DNA from: Squalus acanthias
Taxonomy: Eukaryota
Assembly (NCBI GenBank): GCA_030390025.1
Contig: CM059432.1
Location: 37,326,001-37,390,000, forward strand
DNA length: 64,000 bases
Direction of reading: 5' to 3'
In this document: in pieces, positions 24,168 to 39,100 of the stretch
Layout: each line of letters starts with the position of its first letter
Position numbering within the stretch: the stretch's first letter is position 1
Position numbers and translations under genes: made by a program
The notes under the pieces: model-generated
Database searches by the model: none
The model's input: only the letters and a program-made list of their open reading frames with translations
Told to the model about the DNA's origin: nothing

Positions 24168-27100
24168 CGTCCCAGTACCATAACCGATCTATTGATGTAG
24201 TTGTCACTCCTTCACTTTTCCCTCCTTCACTTCACTTTTTCTCTCCCTCCTTCACTTCAATTTCTCTCTCTCCTTCACCTCTCTCTCTCCTCCCGTTCTG
24301 TGTCTCTCTCACGGCTGCTTTACTTTGTTTCCTCTGACATCTTTTCATTTCTTTTTTTTCTTTTTTCCTTCCTTACCTCCCTCTGCTATTTGTCTCTCAA
24401 ACTGGGGGATAGGCAGCAGCACTGGAACTGTGGTCGGGCTGGTGAGAGGCAGCAACATCAAGACTTAAGTGAGCAGTTTATAGGGAGCAGAATCATGAGC
24501 CACTGGCTTTGGGGCTGGGTGGGAAGCAATGTGCGAGGTGATGTGTAATGATCTGCATGTCATAGAGTAACCGCATCGTCTTCAACAAAAATTCTGAAAC
24601 TTTGTGTTTGGAAACATTTGTTGCTTTTTACATTCACCAGCCCCCTAAAAGCACTGGCTGCCTCCATAAATCCATTAGCCAGAGGACAGCCATCACTCCC
24701 ATTTGGATCAGGTTATCAATAATAGAAGAGAAGTCTGTTCTCGCACTGTCAGTGAGTTCTGCTGCAATCAGCTCATTTCCATCCTCGTGTCTGCATTTTG
24801 ATGGGTTGGAAAATATCCGTTCCTGAGTCATCAGGTTGGATTTTAGGGAGTGTTTTCAACTTTACTTTGTAGTTGGCACCCGGTGAATATTAACACACTC
24901 CCAAAGACAACCTGTTAATATTAACACACTCCCAGAGAGACCCTGTTAATATTAACACACCCCAGAGAGACTCTGTTAATATTAACACACCCCAGAGAGA
25001 CCCTGTTAAGATTAACACACTCCCAGAGAGACCCTGTTAATATTAACACACTCCCAGAGAGACCCTGTTAAGATTAACACACTCCCAGAGAGACCCTGTT
25101 AATATTAACACACCCCAGAGAGACCCTGTTAAGATTAACACACTCCCAGAGAGACTCTGTTAATATTGACACACTCCCAGAGAGACCCTGTTAATATTAA
25201 CACACCCCCGGAGAGACCCTGTTAATATTAACACACTCCCAGAGAGACCCTGTTAATATTAACACACTCCAGAGAGACTGTTAATATTAACACATTCCCA
25301 GAGAGACTCTGTTAATATTAACACACCCCAGAGAGACCCTGTTAATATTAACACACTCCCAGAGAGACCCTGTTAATATTAACACACTCCCAGAGAGACT
25401 CTGTTAATATTAACACACTCCAGAGAGACTGTTAATATTAACACATTCCCAGAGAGACTCTGTTAATATTAACACACTCCAGAGAGACTGTTAAAATTAA
25501 CACACTCCCAGAGAGACTCTGTTAATATTAACACACTCCCAGAGAGACTCTGTTAATATTAACACACTCCAGAGAGACTGTTAATATTAACACATTCCCA
25601 GAGAGACCCTGTTAATATTAACACACTCCCAGAGAGACCCTGTTAATATTAACACACTCCCAGAGAGACTCTGTTAATATTAACACACTCCCAGAGAGAC
25701 CCTGTTAATATTAACACACTCCCAGAGTGACTCTGTTAATATTAACACACTCCCAGAGAGACCCTGTTAATATTAACACACTCCCAGAGTGACCCTGTTA
25801 ATATTAACACACTCCCAGAGAGACTCTGTTAATATTAACACACTCCCAGAGAGACTCTGTTAATATTAACACACTCCCAAAGACAACCTGTTAATATTAA
25901 CACACTCCCAGAGAGACCCTGTTAATATTAACACACTCCCAAAGACAACCTGTTAATATTAACACACTCCCAGAGAGACCCTGTTAATATTAACACACTC
26001 CCAGAGAGACCCTGTTAATATTAACACACTCCCAGAGAGACCCTGTTAATGTTAACACACTCCCAGAGAGACTCTGTTAATATTAACACACTCCCAGAGA
26101 GACCCTGTTAATATTAACACACTCCCAGAGAGACCCTGTTAATATTAACACACTCCCAGAGAGACTCTGTTTACATTAACACACTCCCAGAGAGACCCTG
26201 TTAATATTAACACACTCCCAGAGAGACTCTGTTAATATTAACACACTCCCAGAGAGACCCTGTTAATATTAACACACTCCCAGAGAGACCCTGTTAATAT
26301 TAACACACTCCCAGAGAGACCCTGTTAATGTTAACACACTCCCAGAGAGACTCTGTTAATATTAACACACTCCCAGAGAGACCCTGTTAATATTAACACA
26401 CTCCCAGAGAGACCCTGTTAATATTAACACACTCCCAGAGAGACTCTGTTTACATTAACACACTCCCAGAGAGACCCTGTTAATATTAACACTCTCCAGA
26501 GAGACCCTGTTAATATTAACACACTCCCAGAGAGACCCTGTTAATATTAACACACTCCCAGAGAGACCCTGTTAAGATTAACACACTCCCAGAGAGACCC
26601 TGTTAATGTTAACACACTCCCAGAGAGACCCTGTTAAGATTAACACACTCCCAGAGAGACCCTGTTAATATTAACACACCCCAGAGAGACCCTGTTAAGA
26701 TTAACACACTCCCAGAGAGACCCTGTTAATGTTAACACACTCACAGAGACACTCTGTTAATATTAACACACTCCCAGAGAGACCCTGTTAATATTAACAC
26801 ACTCCCAGAGAGACCCTGTTAATATTAACACACTCCCAGAGAGACTCTGTTTACATTAACACACTCCCAGAGAGACCCTGTTAATATTAACACACTCCCA
26901 GAGAGACTCTGTTAATATTAACACACTCCCAGAGAGACCCTGTTAATATTAACACACTCCCAGAGAGACCCTGTTAATATTAACACACTCCCAGAGAGAC
27001 CCTGTTAATGTTAACACACTCCCAGAGAGACTCTGTTAATATTAACACACTCCCAGAGAGACTCTGTTAATATTAACACACTCCCAGAGAGACCCTGTTA

Positions 27101-30100
27101 ATATTAACACACTCCCAGAGAGACCCTGTTAATATTAACACACTCCCAGAGAGACTCTGTTAATATTAACACACTCCCAGAGAGACCCTGTTAATATTAA
27201 CACACTCCCAGAGAGACCCTGTTAATATTAACACACTCCCAGAGAGACCCTGTTAATATTAACACACTCCCAGAGAGACCCTGTTAATATTAACACACTC
27301 CCAGAGAGACTCTGTTTACATTAACACACTCCCAGAGAGACCCTGTTAATATTAACACTCTCCAGAGAGACCCTGTTAATATTAACACACTCCCAGAGAG
27401 ACCCTGTTAATATTAACACACTCCCAGAGAGACTCTGTTAATATTAACACTCTCCCAGAGAGACTCTGTTAATAATAACACACCCCAGAGAGACCCTGTT
27501 AATATTAACACACTCCCAGAGAGACCCTGTTAATATTAACGCACTCCCAGAGAGACTCTGTTAATATTAACACACTCCCAGAGAGACTCTGTTAATATTA
27601 ACACACTCCCAGAGAGACTCTGTTAATATTAACACATTCCCAGAGAGACTCTGTTAATATTAACACACTCCCAGAGAGACTCTGTTAATATTAACACACT
27701 CCCAGAGAGACCCTGTTAATATTAACACACTCCCAGAGAGACCCTGTTAATATTAACACACTCCCAGAGAGACCCTGTTAATATTAACACACTCCCAGAG
27801 AGACTCTGTTAATATTAACACACTCCCAGAGAGACTCTGTTAATATTAACACACTCCCAGAGAGACCCTGTTAATATTAACACACTCCCAGAGAGACCCT
27901 GTTAATATTAACACACTCCCCAAGAGACTCTGTTAATATTAACACACTCCCAGAGAGACCCTGTTAATATTAACACACTCCCAGAGAGACCCTGTTAATA
28001 TTAACACACTCCCAGAGAGACTCTGTTAATATTAACACACTCCCAGAGAGACTCTGTTAATATTAACACACTCCCAGAGAGACCCTGTTAATATTAACAC
28101 ACTCCCAGAGAGACTCTGTTAATATTAACACACTCCCAGAGAGACTCTGTTAATATTAACACACTCCAGAGAGACTCTGTTAATATTAACACACTCCCAG
28201 AGAGACCCTGTTAATATTAACACACTCCAGAGAGACCCTGTTAATATTAACACACTCCAGAGAGACCCTGTTAATATTAACACACTCCAGAGAGACCCTG
28301 TTAATATTAACACACTCCAGAGAGACCCTGTTAATATTAACACACTCCCAGAGAGACTCTGTTTATATTAACACACTCCAGAGAGACTCTGTTATTATTA
28401 ACACACTCCAGAGAGACCCTGTTAATATTAACACACTCCCAGAGACTCTGTTAATATTAACACACTCCCAGAAAGACCCTGTTAATATTAACACACTCCA
28501 GAGAGATCCTGTTAATATTAACACACTCCAGAGAGACCCTGTTAATATTAACACACTCCAGAGAGACTCTGTTAATATTAACACACTCCAAGAGAGACTC
28601 TGTTAATATTAACACACTCCAGAGAGATCCTGTTAATATTAACACACTCCAGAGAGACCCTATTAATATTAACACACTCCCAGAGAGACTCTGTTAATAT
28701 TAACACACTCCCAGAGAGACTCTGTTAATATTAACTCACTCCAGAGAGACCCTGTTAATATTAACACACTCCAGAGAGATCCTGTTAATATTAACACACT
28801 CCAGAGAGACCCTGTTAATATTAACACACTCCCAGAGAGACCCTGTTAATATTAACACACTCCAGAGAGACCCTGTTAATATTAACACACTCCCAGAGAG
28901 ACTCTGTTAATATTAACACACTCCAGAGAGATCCTGTTAATATTCACACACTCCAGAGTGACCCTGTTAATATTAACACACTCCAGAGAGACCCTGTTAA
29001 TATTAACACACTCCAGAGAGATCCTGTTAATATTAACACACTCCCAGAGAGACTCTGTTAATATTAACACACTCCAGAGAGATCCTGTTAATATTAACAC
29101 ACTCCAGAGAGACTCTGTTAATATTAACACACTCCCAGAGAGACCCTGTTAATATTAACACACTCCCCGAGAGACTCTGTTAATATTAACACAGTCCCAG
29201 AGAGACCCTGTTAATATTAACACACTCCCAGAGAGACCCTGTTAATATTAACACACTCCCAGAGAGACTCTGTTAATATTAACACACTCCCCGAGAGACT
29301 CTGTTAATATTAACACACTCCCAGAGAGACCCTGTTAATATTAACACACTCCCAGAGAGACCCTGTTAATATTAACACACTCCCAGAGAGACCCTGTTAA
29401 TATTAACACACTCCCAGAGAGACTCTGTTAATATTAACACACTCCCAGAGAGACTCTGTTAATATTAACACACTCCCAGAGAGACCCTGTTAATATTAAC
29501 ACACTCCCAGAGAGACCCTGTTAATATTAACACACTCCCCGAGAGACTCTGTTAATATTAACACACTCCCCGAGAGACTCTGTTAATATTAACACACTCC
29601 CAGAGAGACCCTGTTAATATTAACACACTCCCAGAGAGACCCTGTTAATATTAACACACTCCCAGAGAGACTCTGTTAATATTAACACACTCCCAGAGAG
29701 ACCCTGTTAATATTAACACACTCCCAGAGAGACTCTGTTAATATTAACACACTCCAGAGAGACTCTGTTAATATTAACACACCCCCAGAGAGACCCTGTT
29801 AATATTAACACACTCCAGAGAGACCCTGTTAATATTAACACACTCCAGAGAGACCCTGTTAATATTAACACACTCCAGAGAGACCCTGTTAATATTAACA
29901 CACTCCAGAGAGACCCTGTTAATATTAACACACTCCCAGAGAGACTCTGTTTATATTAACACACTCCAGAGAGACTCTGTTAATATTAACACACTCCCAG
30001 AGACTCTGTTAATATTAACACACTCCCAGAAAGACCCTGTTAATATTAACACACTCCAGAGAGATCCTGTTAATATTAACACACTCCAGAGAGACCCTGT

Positions 30101-33100
30101 TAATATTAACACACTCCAGAGAGACTCTGTTAATATTAACACACTCCAGAGAGATCCTGTTAATATTAACACACTCCAGAGAGATCCTGTTAATATTAAC
30201 GCACTCCAGAGAGACCCTGTTAATATTAACACACTCCAGAGAGACTCTGTTAATATTAACACACTCCAGAGAGATCCTGTTAATATTAACACACTCCAGA
30301 GAGATCCTGTTAATATTAACACACTCCAGAGAGACCCTGTTAATATTAACACACTCCAGAGAGATCCTGTTAATATTAACACACTCCAGAGAGACCCTGT
30401 TAATATTAACACACTCCAGAGAGACCCTGTTAATATTAACACACTCCCAGAGAGACCCTGTTAATATTAACACACTCCAGAGAGACCCTGTTAATATTAA
30501 CACACTCCAGAGAGACCCTGTTAATATTAACACACTCCCAGAGAGACTCTGTTAATATTAACACACTCCAGAGAGACCCTGTTAATATTAACACACTCCA
30601 GAGAGATCCTGTTAATATTAACACACTGCAGAGTGACCCTGTTAATATTAACACACTCCAGAGAGATCCTGTTAATATTAACACACTCCAGAGAGATCCT
30701 GTTAATATTAACACACTGCAGAGAGATCCTGTTAATATTATCACACTCCAGAGAGATCCTGTTAATATTAACACACTCCCAGAGAGACTCTGTTAATATT
30801 AACACACTCCAGAGAGATCCTGTTAATATTAACACACTCCCAGAGAGACTCTGTTAATATTAACACACTCCAGAGAGACCCTGTTAATATTAACACACTC
30901 CAGAGAGATCCTGTTAATATTAACACACTCCCAGAGAGACTCTGTTAATATTAACACACTCCAGAGAGATCCTGTTAATATTAACACACTCCCAGAGAGA
31001 CTCTGTTAATATTAACACACTCCCAGAGAGACTCTGTTAATATTAACACACTCCAGAGAGACCCTGTTAATATTAACACACTCCAGAGAGACCCTGTTAA
31101 TATTAACACACTCCCAGAGAGACTCTGTTAATATTAATACACTCCAGAGAGACCCTGTTAATATTAACACACTCCAGAGAGACCCTGTTAATATTAACAC
31201 ACTCCCAGAGACTCTGTTAATATTAACACACTCCCAGAGAGACTCTGTTAATATTAACACACTCCAGAGAGACTCTGTTAATATTAACACACTCCCAGAG
31301 AGACTCTGTTAATATTAACACACTCCCAGAGAGACTCTGTTAATATTAACACACTCCCAGAGAGACTCTGTTAATATTAACACACTCCAGAGAGACTCTG
31401 TTAATATTAACACACTCCCAGAGAGACTCTGTTAATATTAACACACTCCAGAGAGACTCTGTTAATATTAACACACTCCCAGAGAGACTCTGTTAATATT
31501 AACACACTCCCAGAGACTCTGTTAATATTAACACACTCCCAGAGAGACTCTGTTAATATTAACACACTCCAGAGAGATCCTGTTAATATTAACACACTCC
31601 CAGAGTGATCCTGTTAATATTAACACACTCCAGAGAGACTCTGTTTACATTAACACACTCCAGAGAGATCCTGTTAATATTAACACACTCCAGAGAGACT
31701 CTGTTTACATTAACACACTCCAGAGAGATCCTGTTAATATTAACACACTCCCAGAGAGACTCTTTTAATATTAACACACTCCAGAGAGATCCTGTTAATA
31801 TTAACACACTCCCAGAGTGATCCTGTTAATATTAACACACTCCAGAGAGACTCTGTTTACATTAACACACTCCAGAGAGATCCTGTTAATATTAACACAC
31901 TCCCAGAGAGACTCTGTTAATATTAACACACCCCAGAGAGACTCTGTTTACATTAACACACTCCAGAGAGATCCTGTTAATATTAACACACTCCCAGAGA
32001 GACTCTGTTAATATTAACACACTCCCAGAGAGACTCTGTTAATATTAACACACTCCCAGAGAGAATCTGTTTATATTAACACACTCCCAGAGAGACTCTG
32101 TTTATATTAACACACTCCCAGAGAGACTCTGTTAATATTAACACATTCCCAGAGAGACTCTGTTAATATTAACACACTCCCAGAGAGACCCTGTTATTAT
32201 TAACACACCCCAGAGAGAATCTGTTTATATTAACACACTCCCAGAGAGACTCTGTTTATAGTAACACACTCCAGAGAGACCCTGTTAATATTAACACACT
32301 TCCAGAGAGACTCTGTTCATATTAACACACTCCAGAGAGACCCTGTTAATATTAACACACTTCCAGAGAGACTCTGTTCATATTAACACACTCCCAGAGA
32401 GACTGTTAATATTAACACACTCCCAGAGAGACTCTGTTAATATTAACACACTCCCAGAGAGACTCTGTTAATATTAACACACTCCCAGAGAGACTCTGTT
32501 AATATTAACACACTCCAGAGAGACCCTGTTAATATTAACACACTCCCAGAGACTCTGTTAATATTAACACACTTCCAGAGAGACTCTGTTCATATTAACA
32601 CACTCCAGAGAGACCCTGTTAATATTAACACACTCCCAGAGACTCTGTTAATATTAACACACTCCCAGAGACTCTGTTAATATTAACACACTCCCAGAGA
32701 GACTCTGTTAATATTAACACACCCCAGAGAGACTCTGTTAATATTAACACACTCCCAGAGAGACTGTGTTAGTATTAACACACTCATAGAGAGACTCTGT
32801 TAGTATTAACACACTCCCAGAGAGACCCTGTTAATATTAACACACTCCCAGAGAGACTCTGTTAATATTAACACACTCCAGAGAGATCCTGTTAATATTA
32901 ACACACTCCAGAGAGACCCTGTTAATATTAACACACTCCAGAGAGATCCTGTTAATATTAACACACTCCCAGAGAGACTCTGTTAATATTAACACACTCC
33001 CAGAGACCCTGTTAATATTAACACACTCCAGAGAGACTCTGTTTACATTAACACACTCCAGAGAGACCCTGTTAATATTAACACACTCCCAGAGAGACTC

Positions 33101-36100
33101 TGTTAATATTAACACACTCCAGAGTGACCCTGTTAATATTAACACACTCCAGAGAGACCCTGTTAATATTAACACACTCCCAGAGAGACCCTGTTAATAT
33201 TAACACACTCCAGAGTGACCCTGTTAATATTAACACACTCCAGAGAGACCCTGTTAATATTAACACACTCCCAGAGAGACTCTGTTAATATTAACACACT
33301 CCCAGAGAGACTCTGTTAATATTAACACACTCCAGAGAGACCCTGTTAATATTAACACACTCCCAGAGAGACTCTGTTAATATTAACACACTCCAGAGTG
33401 ACCCTGTTAATATTAACACACTCCAGAGAGACCCTGTTAATATTAACACACTCCCAGAGAGACTCTGTTAATATTAACACACTCCAGAGTGACCCTGTTA
33501 ATATTAACACACTCCAGAGTGACCCTGTTAATATTAACACACTCCCAGAGAGACCCTGTTAATATTAACACACTCCCAGAGAGACTCTGTTAATATTAAC
33601 ACACTCCCAGAGAGACTCTGTTATTATTAACACACCCCAGAGAGACTCTGTTAATATTAACACACCCCAGAGAGACTCTGTTATTATTAACACACTCCAG
33701 AGAGACTCTGTAAATATTAGCACACCCCAGAGAGACTCTGTTTATATTAACACACTCCCAGAGAGACTCTGTTAATATTAACACATTCCCAGAGAGACTC
33801 TGTTAATATTAACACACTCCCAGAGAGACCCTGTTATTATTAACACACCCCAGAGAGAATCTGTTTATATTAACACACTCCCAGAGAGACTCTGTTTATA
33901 GTAACACACTCCAGAGAGACCCTGTTAATATTAACACACTTCCAGAGAGACTCTGTTCATATTAACACACTCCAGAGAGACCCTGTTAATATTAACACAC
34001 TTCCAGAGAGACTCTGTTCATATTAACACACTCCCAGAGAGACTGTTAATATTAACACACTCCCAGAGAGACTCTGTTAATATTAACACACTCCCAGAGA
34101 GACTCTGTTAATATTAACACACTCCCAGAGAGACTCTGTTAATATTAACACACTCCAGAGAGACCCTGTTAATATTAACACACTCCCAGAGACTCTGTTA
34201 ATATTAACACACTTCCAGAGAGACTCTGTTCATATTAACACACTCCAGAGAGACCCTGTTAATATTAACACACTCCCAGAGACTCTGTTAATATTAACAC
34301 ACTCCCAGAGACTCTGTTAATATTAACACACTCCCAGAGAGACTCTGTTAATATTAACACACCCCAGAGAGACTCTGTTAATATTAACACACTCCCAGAG
34401 AGACTCTGTTAGTATTAACACACTCATAGAGAGACTCTGTTAGTATTAACACACTCCCAGAGAGACCCTGTTAATATTAACACACTCCCAGAGAGACTCT
34501 GTTAATATTAACACACTCCAGAGAGATCCTGTTAATATTAACACACTCCAGAGAGACCCTGTTAATATTAACACACTCCAGAGAGATCCTGTTAATATTA
34601 ACACACTCCCAGAGAGACTCTGTTAATATTAACACACTCCCAGAGACCCTGTTAATATTAACACACTCCAGAGAGACTCTGTTTACATTAACACACTCCA
34701 GAGAGACCCTGTTAATATTAACACACTCCCAGAGAGACTCTGTTAATATTAACACACTCCAGAGTGACCCTGTTAATATTAACACACTCCAGAGAGACCC
34801 TGTTAATATTAACACACTCCCAGAGAGACCCTGTTAATATTAACACACTCCAGAGTGACCCTGTTAATATTAACACACTCCAGAGAGACCCTGTTAATAT
34901 TAACACACTCCCAGAGAGACTCTGTTAATATTAACACACTCCCAGAGAGACTCTGTTAATATTAACACACTCCAGAGAGACCCTGTTAATATTAACACAC
35001 TCCCAGAGAGACTCTGTTAATATTAACACACTCCAGAGTGACCCTGTTAATATTAACACACTCCAGAGAGACCCTGTTAATATTAACACACTCCCAGAGA
35101 GACTCTGTTAATATTAACACACTCCAGAGTGACCCTGTTAATATTAACACACTCCAGAGTGACCCTGTTAATATTAACACACTCCCAGAGAGACCCTGTT
35201 AATATTAACACACTCCCAGAGAGACTCTGTTAATATTAACACACTCCCAGAGAGACTCTGTTATTATTAACACACCCCAGAGAGACTCTGTTATTATTAA
35301 CACACCCCAGAGAGACTCTGTTATTATTAACACACTCCAGAGAGACTCTGTAAATATTAGCACACCCCAGAGAGACTCTGTTAATATTAACACACTCCAG
35401 AGTGACCCTGTTAATATTAACACACTCCCAGAGAGACTCTGTTAATATTAACACACTCCCAGAGAGACTCTGTTAATATTAACACACTCCAGAGAGATCC
35501 TGTTAATATTAACACACTCCCAGAGAGACCCTGTTAATATTAACACACTTCCAGAGAGACTCTGTTCATATTCACACACTCCAGAGAGACCCTGTTAATA
35601 TTAACACACTCCCAGAGACTCTGTTAATATTAACACACTCCCAGAGAGACTCTGTTAATATTAACACACCCCAGAGAGACTCTGTTAATATTAATACACT
35701 CCCAGAGAGACTCTGTTAATATTAACACACTCCCACAGAGACTCTGTTGATATTAACACACCACAGAGAGACTCTGTTAATATTAACACACTCCCAGAGA
35801 GACTGTTAATATTCACACACTCCCAGAGAGACTCTGTTAATATTAACACACTCCAGAGAGACTCTGTTAATATTAACACACTCCCAGAGAGACTCTGTTA
35901 GTATTAACACACTCCCAGAGAGACTCTGTTAGTATTAACACACTCCCAGAGAGACCCTGTTAATATTAACACACTCCCAGAGAGATTCTGTTAATATTAA
36001 CACACTCCAGAGAGATCCTGTTAATATTAACACACTCCCAGAGAGACTCTGTTAATATTAACACACTCCCAGAGACCCTGTTAATATTAACACACTCCAG

Positions 36101-39100
36101 AGACACTCTGTTAATATTAACACACTCCAGAGAGACTCTGTTTACATTAACACACTCCAGAGAGACCCTATTAATATTAACACACTCCCAGAGAGACCCT
36201 GTTAATATTAACACACTCCAGAGTGACCCTGTTAATATTAACACACTCCCAGAGAGACCCTGTTAATATTAACACACTCCCAGAGAGACCCTGTTAATAT
36301 TAACACACTCCCAGAGAGACTCTGTTAATATTAACACACTCCCAGAGACCTTGTTAATATTAACACACTCCAGAGAGACTCTGTTAATATTAACACACTC
36401 CCAGAGACCCTGTTAATATTAACACACTCCAGAGACACTCTGTTAATATTAACACACTCCAGAGAGACTCTGTTAATATTAACACACTCCCAGAGACTCT
36501 GTTAATATTAACACACTCCAGAGAGATCCTCTTAATATTAACACACTCCCAGAGAGACTCTGTTAATATTAACACACTCCAGAGAGATCCTGTTAATATT
36601 AACGCACTCCAGAGAGACCCTATTAATATTAACACACTCCCAGAGACTCTGTTAATATTAACACACCCCAGAGAGACTCTGTTAATATTAACACACTCCC
36701 AGAGAGACTCTGTTAATATTAACACACTCCCAGAGAGACTCTGTTTATATTAACACACCCCAGAGAGACTCTGTTAATATTAACACACTCCCAGAGAGAC
36801 TCTGTTAACATTAACACACTCCCAGAGATACTCTGTTTATATTAACACACTCCCAGAGAGACTCTGTTAATATTAACACACTCCCAGAGAGACTCTGTTA
36901 ATATTAACACACTCCCAGAGACTCTGTTGATATTAACACACCCCAAAGAGACTCTGTTCATGTTAACACACTCCAGAGTGACCCTGTTAATATTAACACA
37001 CTCCCACAGAGACTCTGTTTATATTAACACACTCCAGAGAGACTCTGTTAATATTAACACACTCCAGAGAGACTCTGTTAATATTAACACACTCCAGAGA
37101 GACCCTGTTAGTATTAACACACTCCAGAGAGATCCTGTTAATATTAACACACTCCCAGAGAGACCCTGTTAATATTAACACACTCCCAGAGAGACTCTGT
37201 TAATATTAACACACTCCCAGAGAGACCCTGTTCATATTAACACACTCCAGAGACACTCTGTTAATATTAACACACTCCCAGAGACCCTGTTGATATTAAC
37301 ACACCCCAGAGAGACTCTGTTAATGTTAACACACTCCAGAGTGACCCTGTTAATATTAACACACTCCCAGAGAGACTCTGTTTATATTAACACACTCCAG
37401 AGAGACTCTGTTAATATTAACACACTCCAGAGAGACTCTGTTAATATTAACACACTCCCAGAGAGACCCTGTTAATATTAACACACTCCAGAGAGACCCT
37501 GTTAGTATTAATACACTCCCAGAGACTCTGTTAATATTAACACACCCCAGAGAGACACTGTTAATATTAACACACCCCAGAGAGACACTGTTAGTATTAA
37601 CACACTCCAGAGAGACTCTGTTATTATTAACACACCCCAGAGAGACTCTTATTATTAACACACTCCAGAGAGACACTGTTAGTATTAACACACTCCAGAG
37701 AGACTGTGTTAATATTAACACACTCCCAGAGAGACTCTGTTATTATTAACACACCCCAGAGAGACTCTGTTATTATTAACACACCCCAGAGAGACTCTTA
37801 TTATTAACACACTCCAGAGAGACTCTGTAAATATTAGCACACCCCAGAGAGACTCTGTTAATATTAACACACTCCAGAGTGACCCTGTTAATATTAACAC
37901 ACTCCCAGAGAGACTCTGTTAATATTAACACACTCCCAGAGAGACTCTGTTAATATTAACACACTCCAGAGAGATCCTGTTAATATTAACACACTCCCAG
38001 AGAGACTCTGTTAATATTAACACACTCCAGAGAGACTCTGTTAATATTAACACACTCCCAGAGAGACTCTGTTAATATTAACACACTCCAGAGAGACTCT
38101 GTTAATATTAACACACTCCAGAGAGACTCTGTTCATATTAACACACTCCCAGAGAGACCCTGTTAATATTAACACACTCCCAGAGAGACTGTTAATATTA
38201 ACACACTCCCAGAGAGACTCTGTTAATATTAACACACTCCCAGAGAGACTCTGTTAATATTAACACACTCCCAGAGAGACTCTGTTAATATTAACACACT
38301 CCAGAGAGACCCTGTTAATATTAACACACTTCCAGAGAGACTCTGTTCATATTAACACACTCCAGAGAGACCCTGTTAATATTAACACACTCCCAGAGAG
38401 ACTCTGTTAATATTAACACACTCCCAGAGAGACTCTGTTAATATTAACACACTCCCACAGAGACTCTGTTGATATTAACACACCCCAGAGAGACTCTGTT
38501 AATATTAACACACTCCCAGAGAGACTCTGTTATTATTAACACACTCCCAGAGAGACTCTGTTTATATTAACACACTCCCAGAGAGACTCTGTTATTATTA
38601 ACACACCCCAGAGAAACTCTGTTATTATTAACGCACCCCAGAGAGACTCTGTTATTATTAACACACCCCAGAGAGACTCTGTTATTATTAACACACCCCA
38701 GAGAGACTCTGTTATTATTAACGCACCCCAGAGAGACTCTGTTATTATTAACACACCCCAGAGAGACTCTGTTAATATTAACACACTCCCAGAGAGACTC
38801 TGTTAATATTAACACACTCCAGAGAGACCCTGTTAATATTAACACACTTCCAGAGAGACTCTGTTCATATTAACACACTCCAGAGAGACCCTGTTAATAT
38901 TAACACACTCCAGAGAGACTCTGTTAATATTAACACACTCCCACAGAGACTCTGTTGATATTAACACACCCCAGAGAGACTCTGTTAATATTAACACACT
39001 CCCAGAGAGACTCTGTTAATATTAACACACTCCAGAGAGACCCTGTTAATATTAACACACTTCCAGAGAGACTCTGTTCATATTCACACACTCCAGAGAG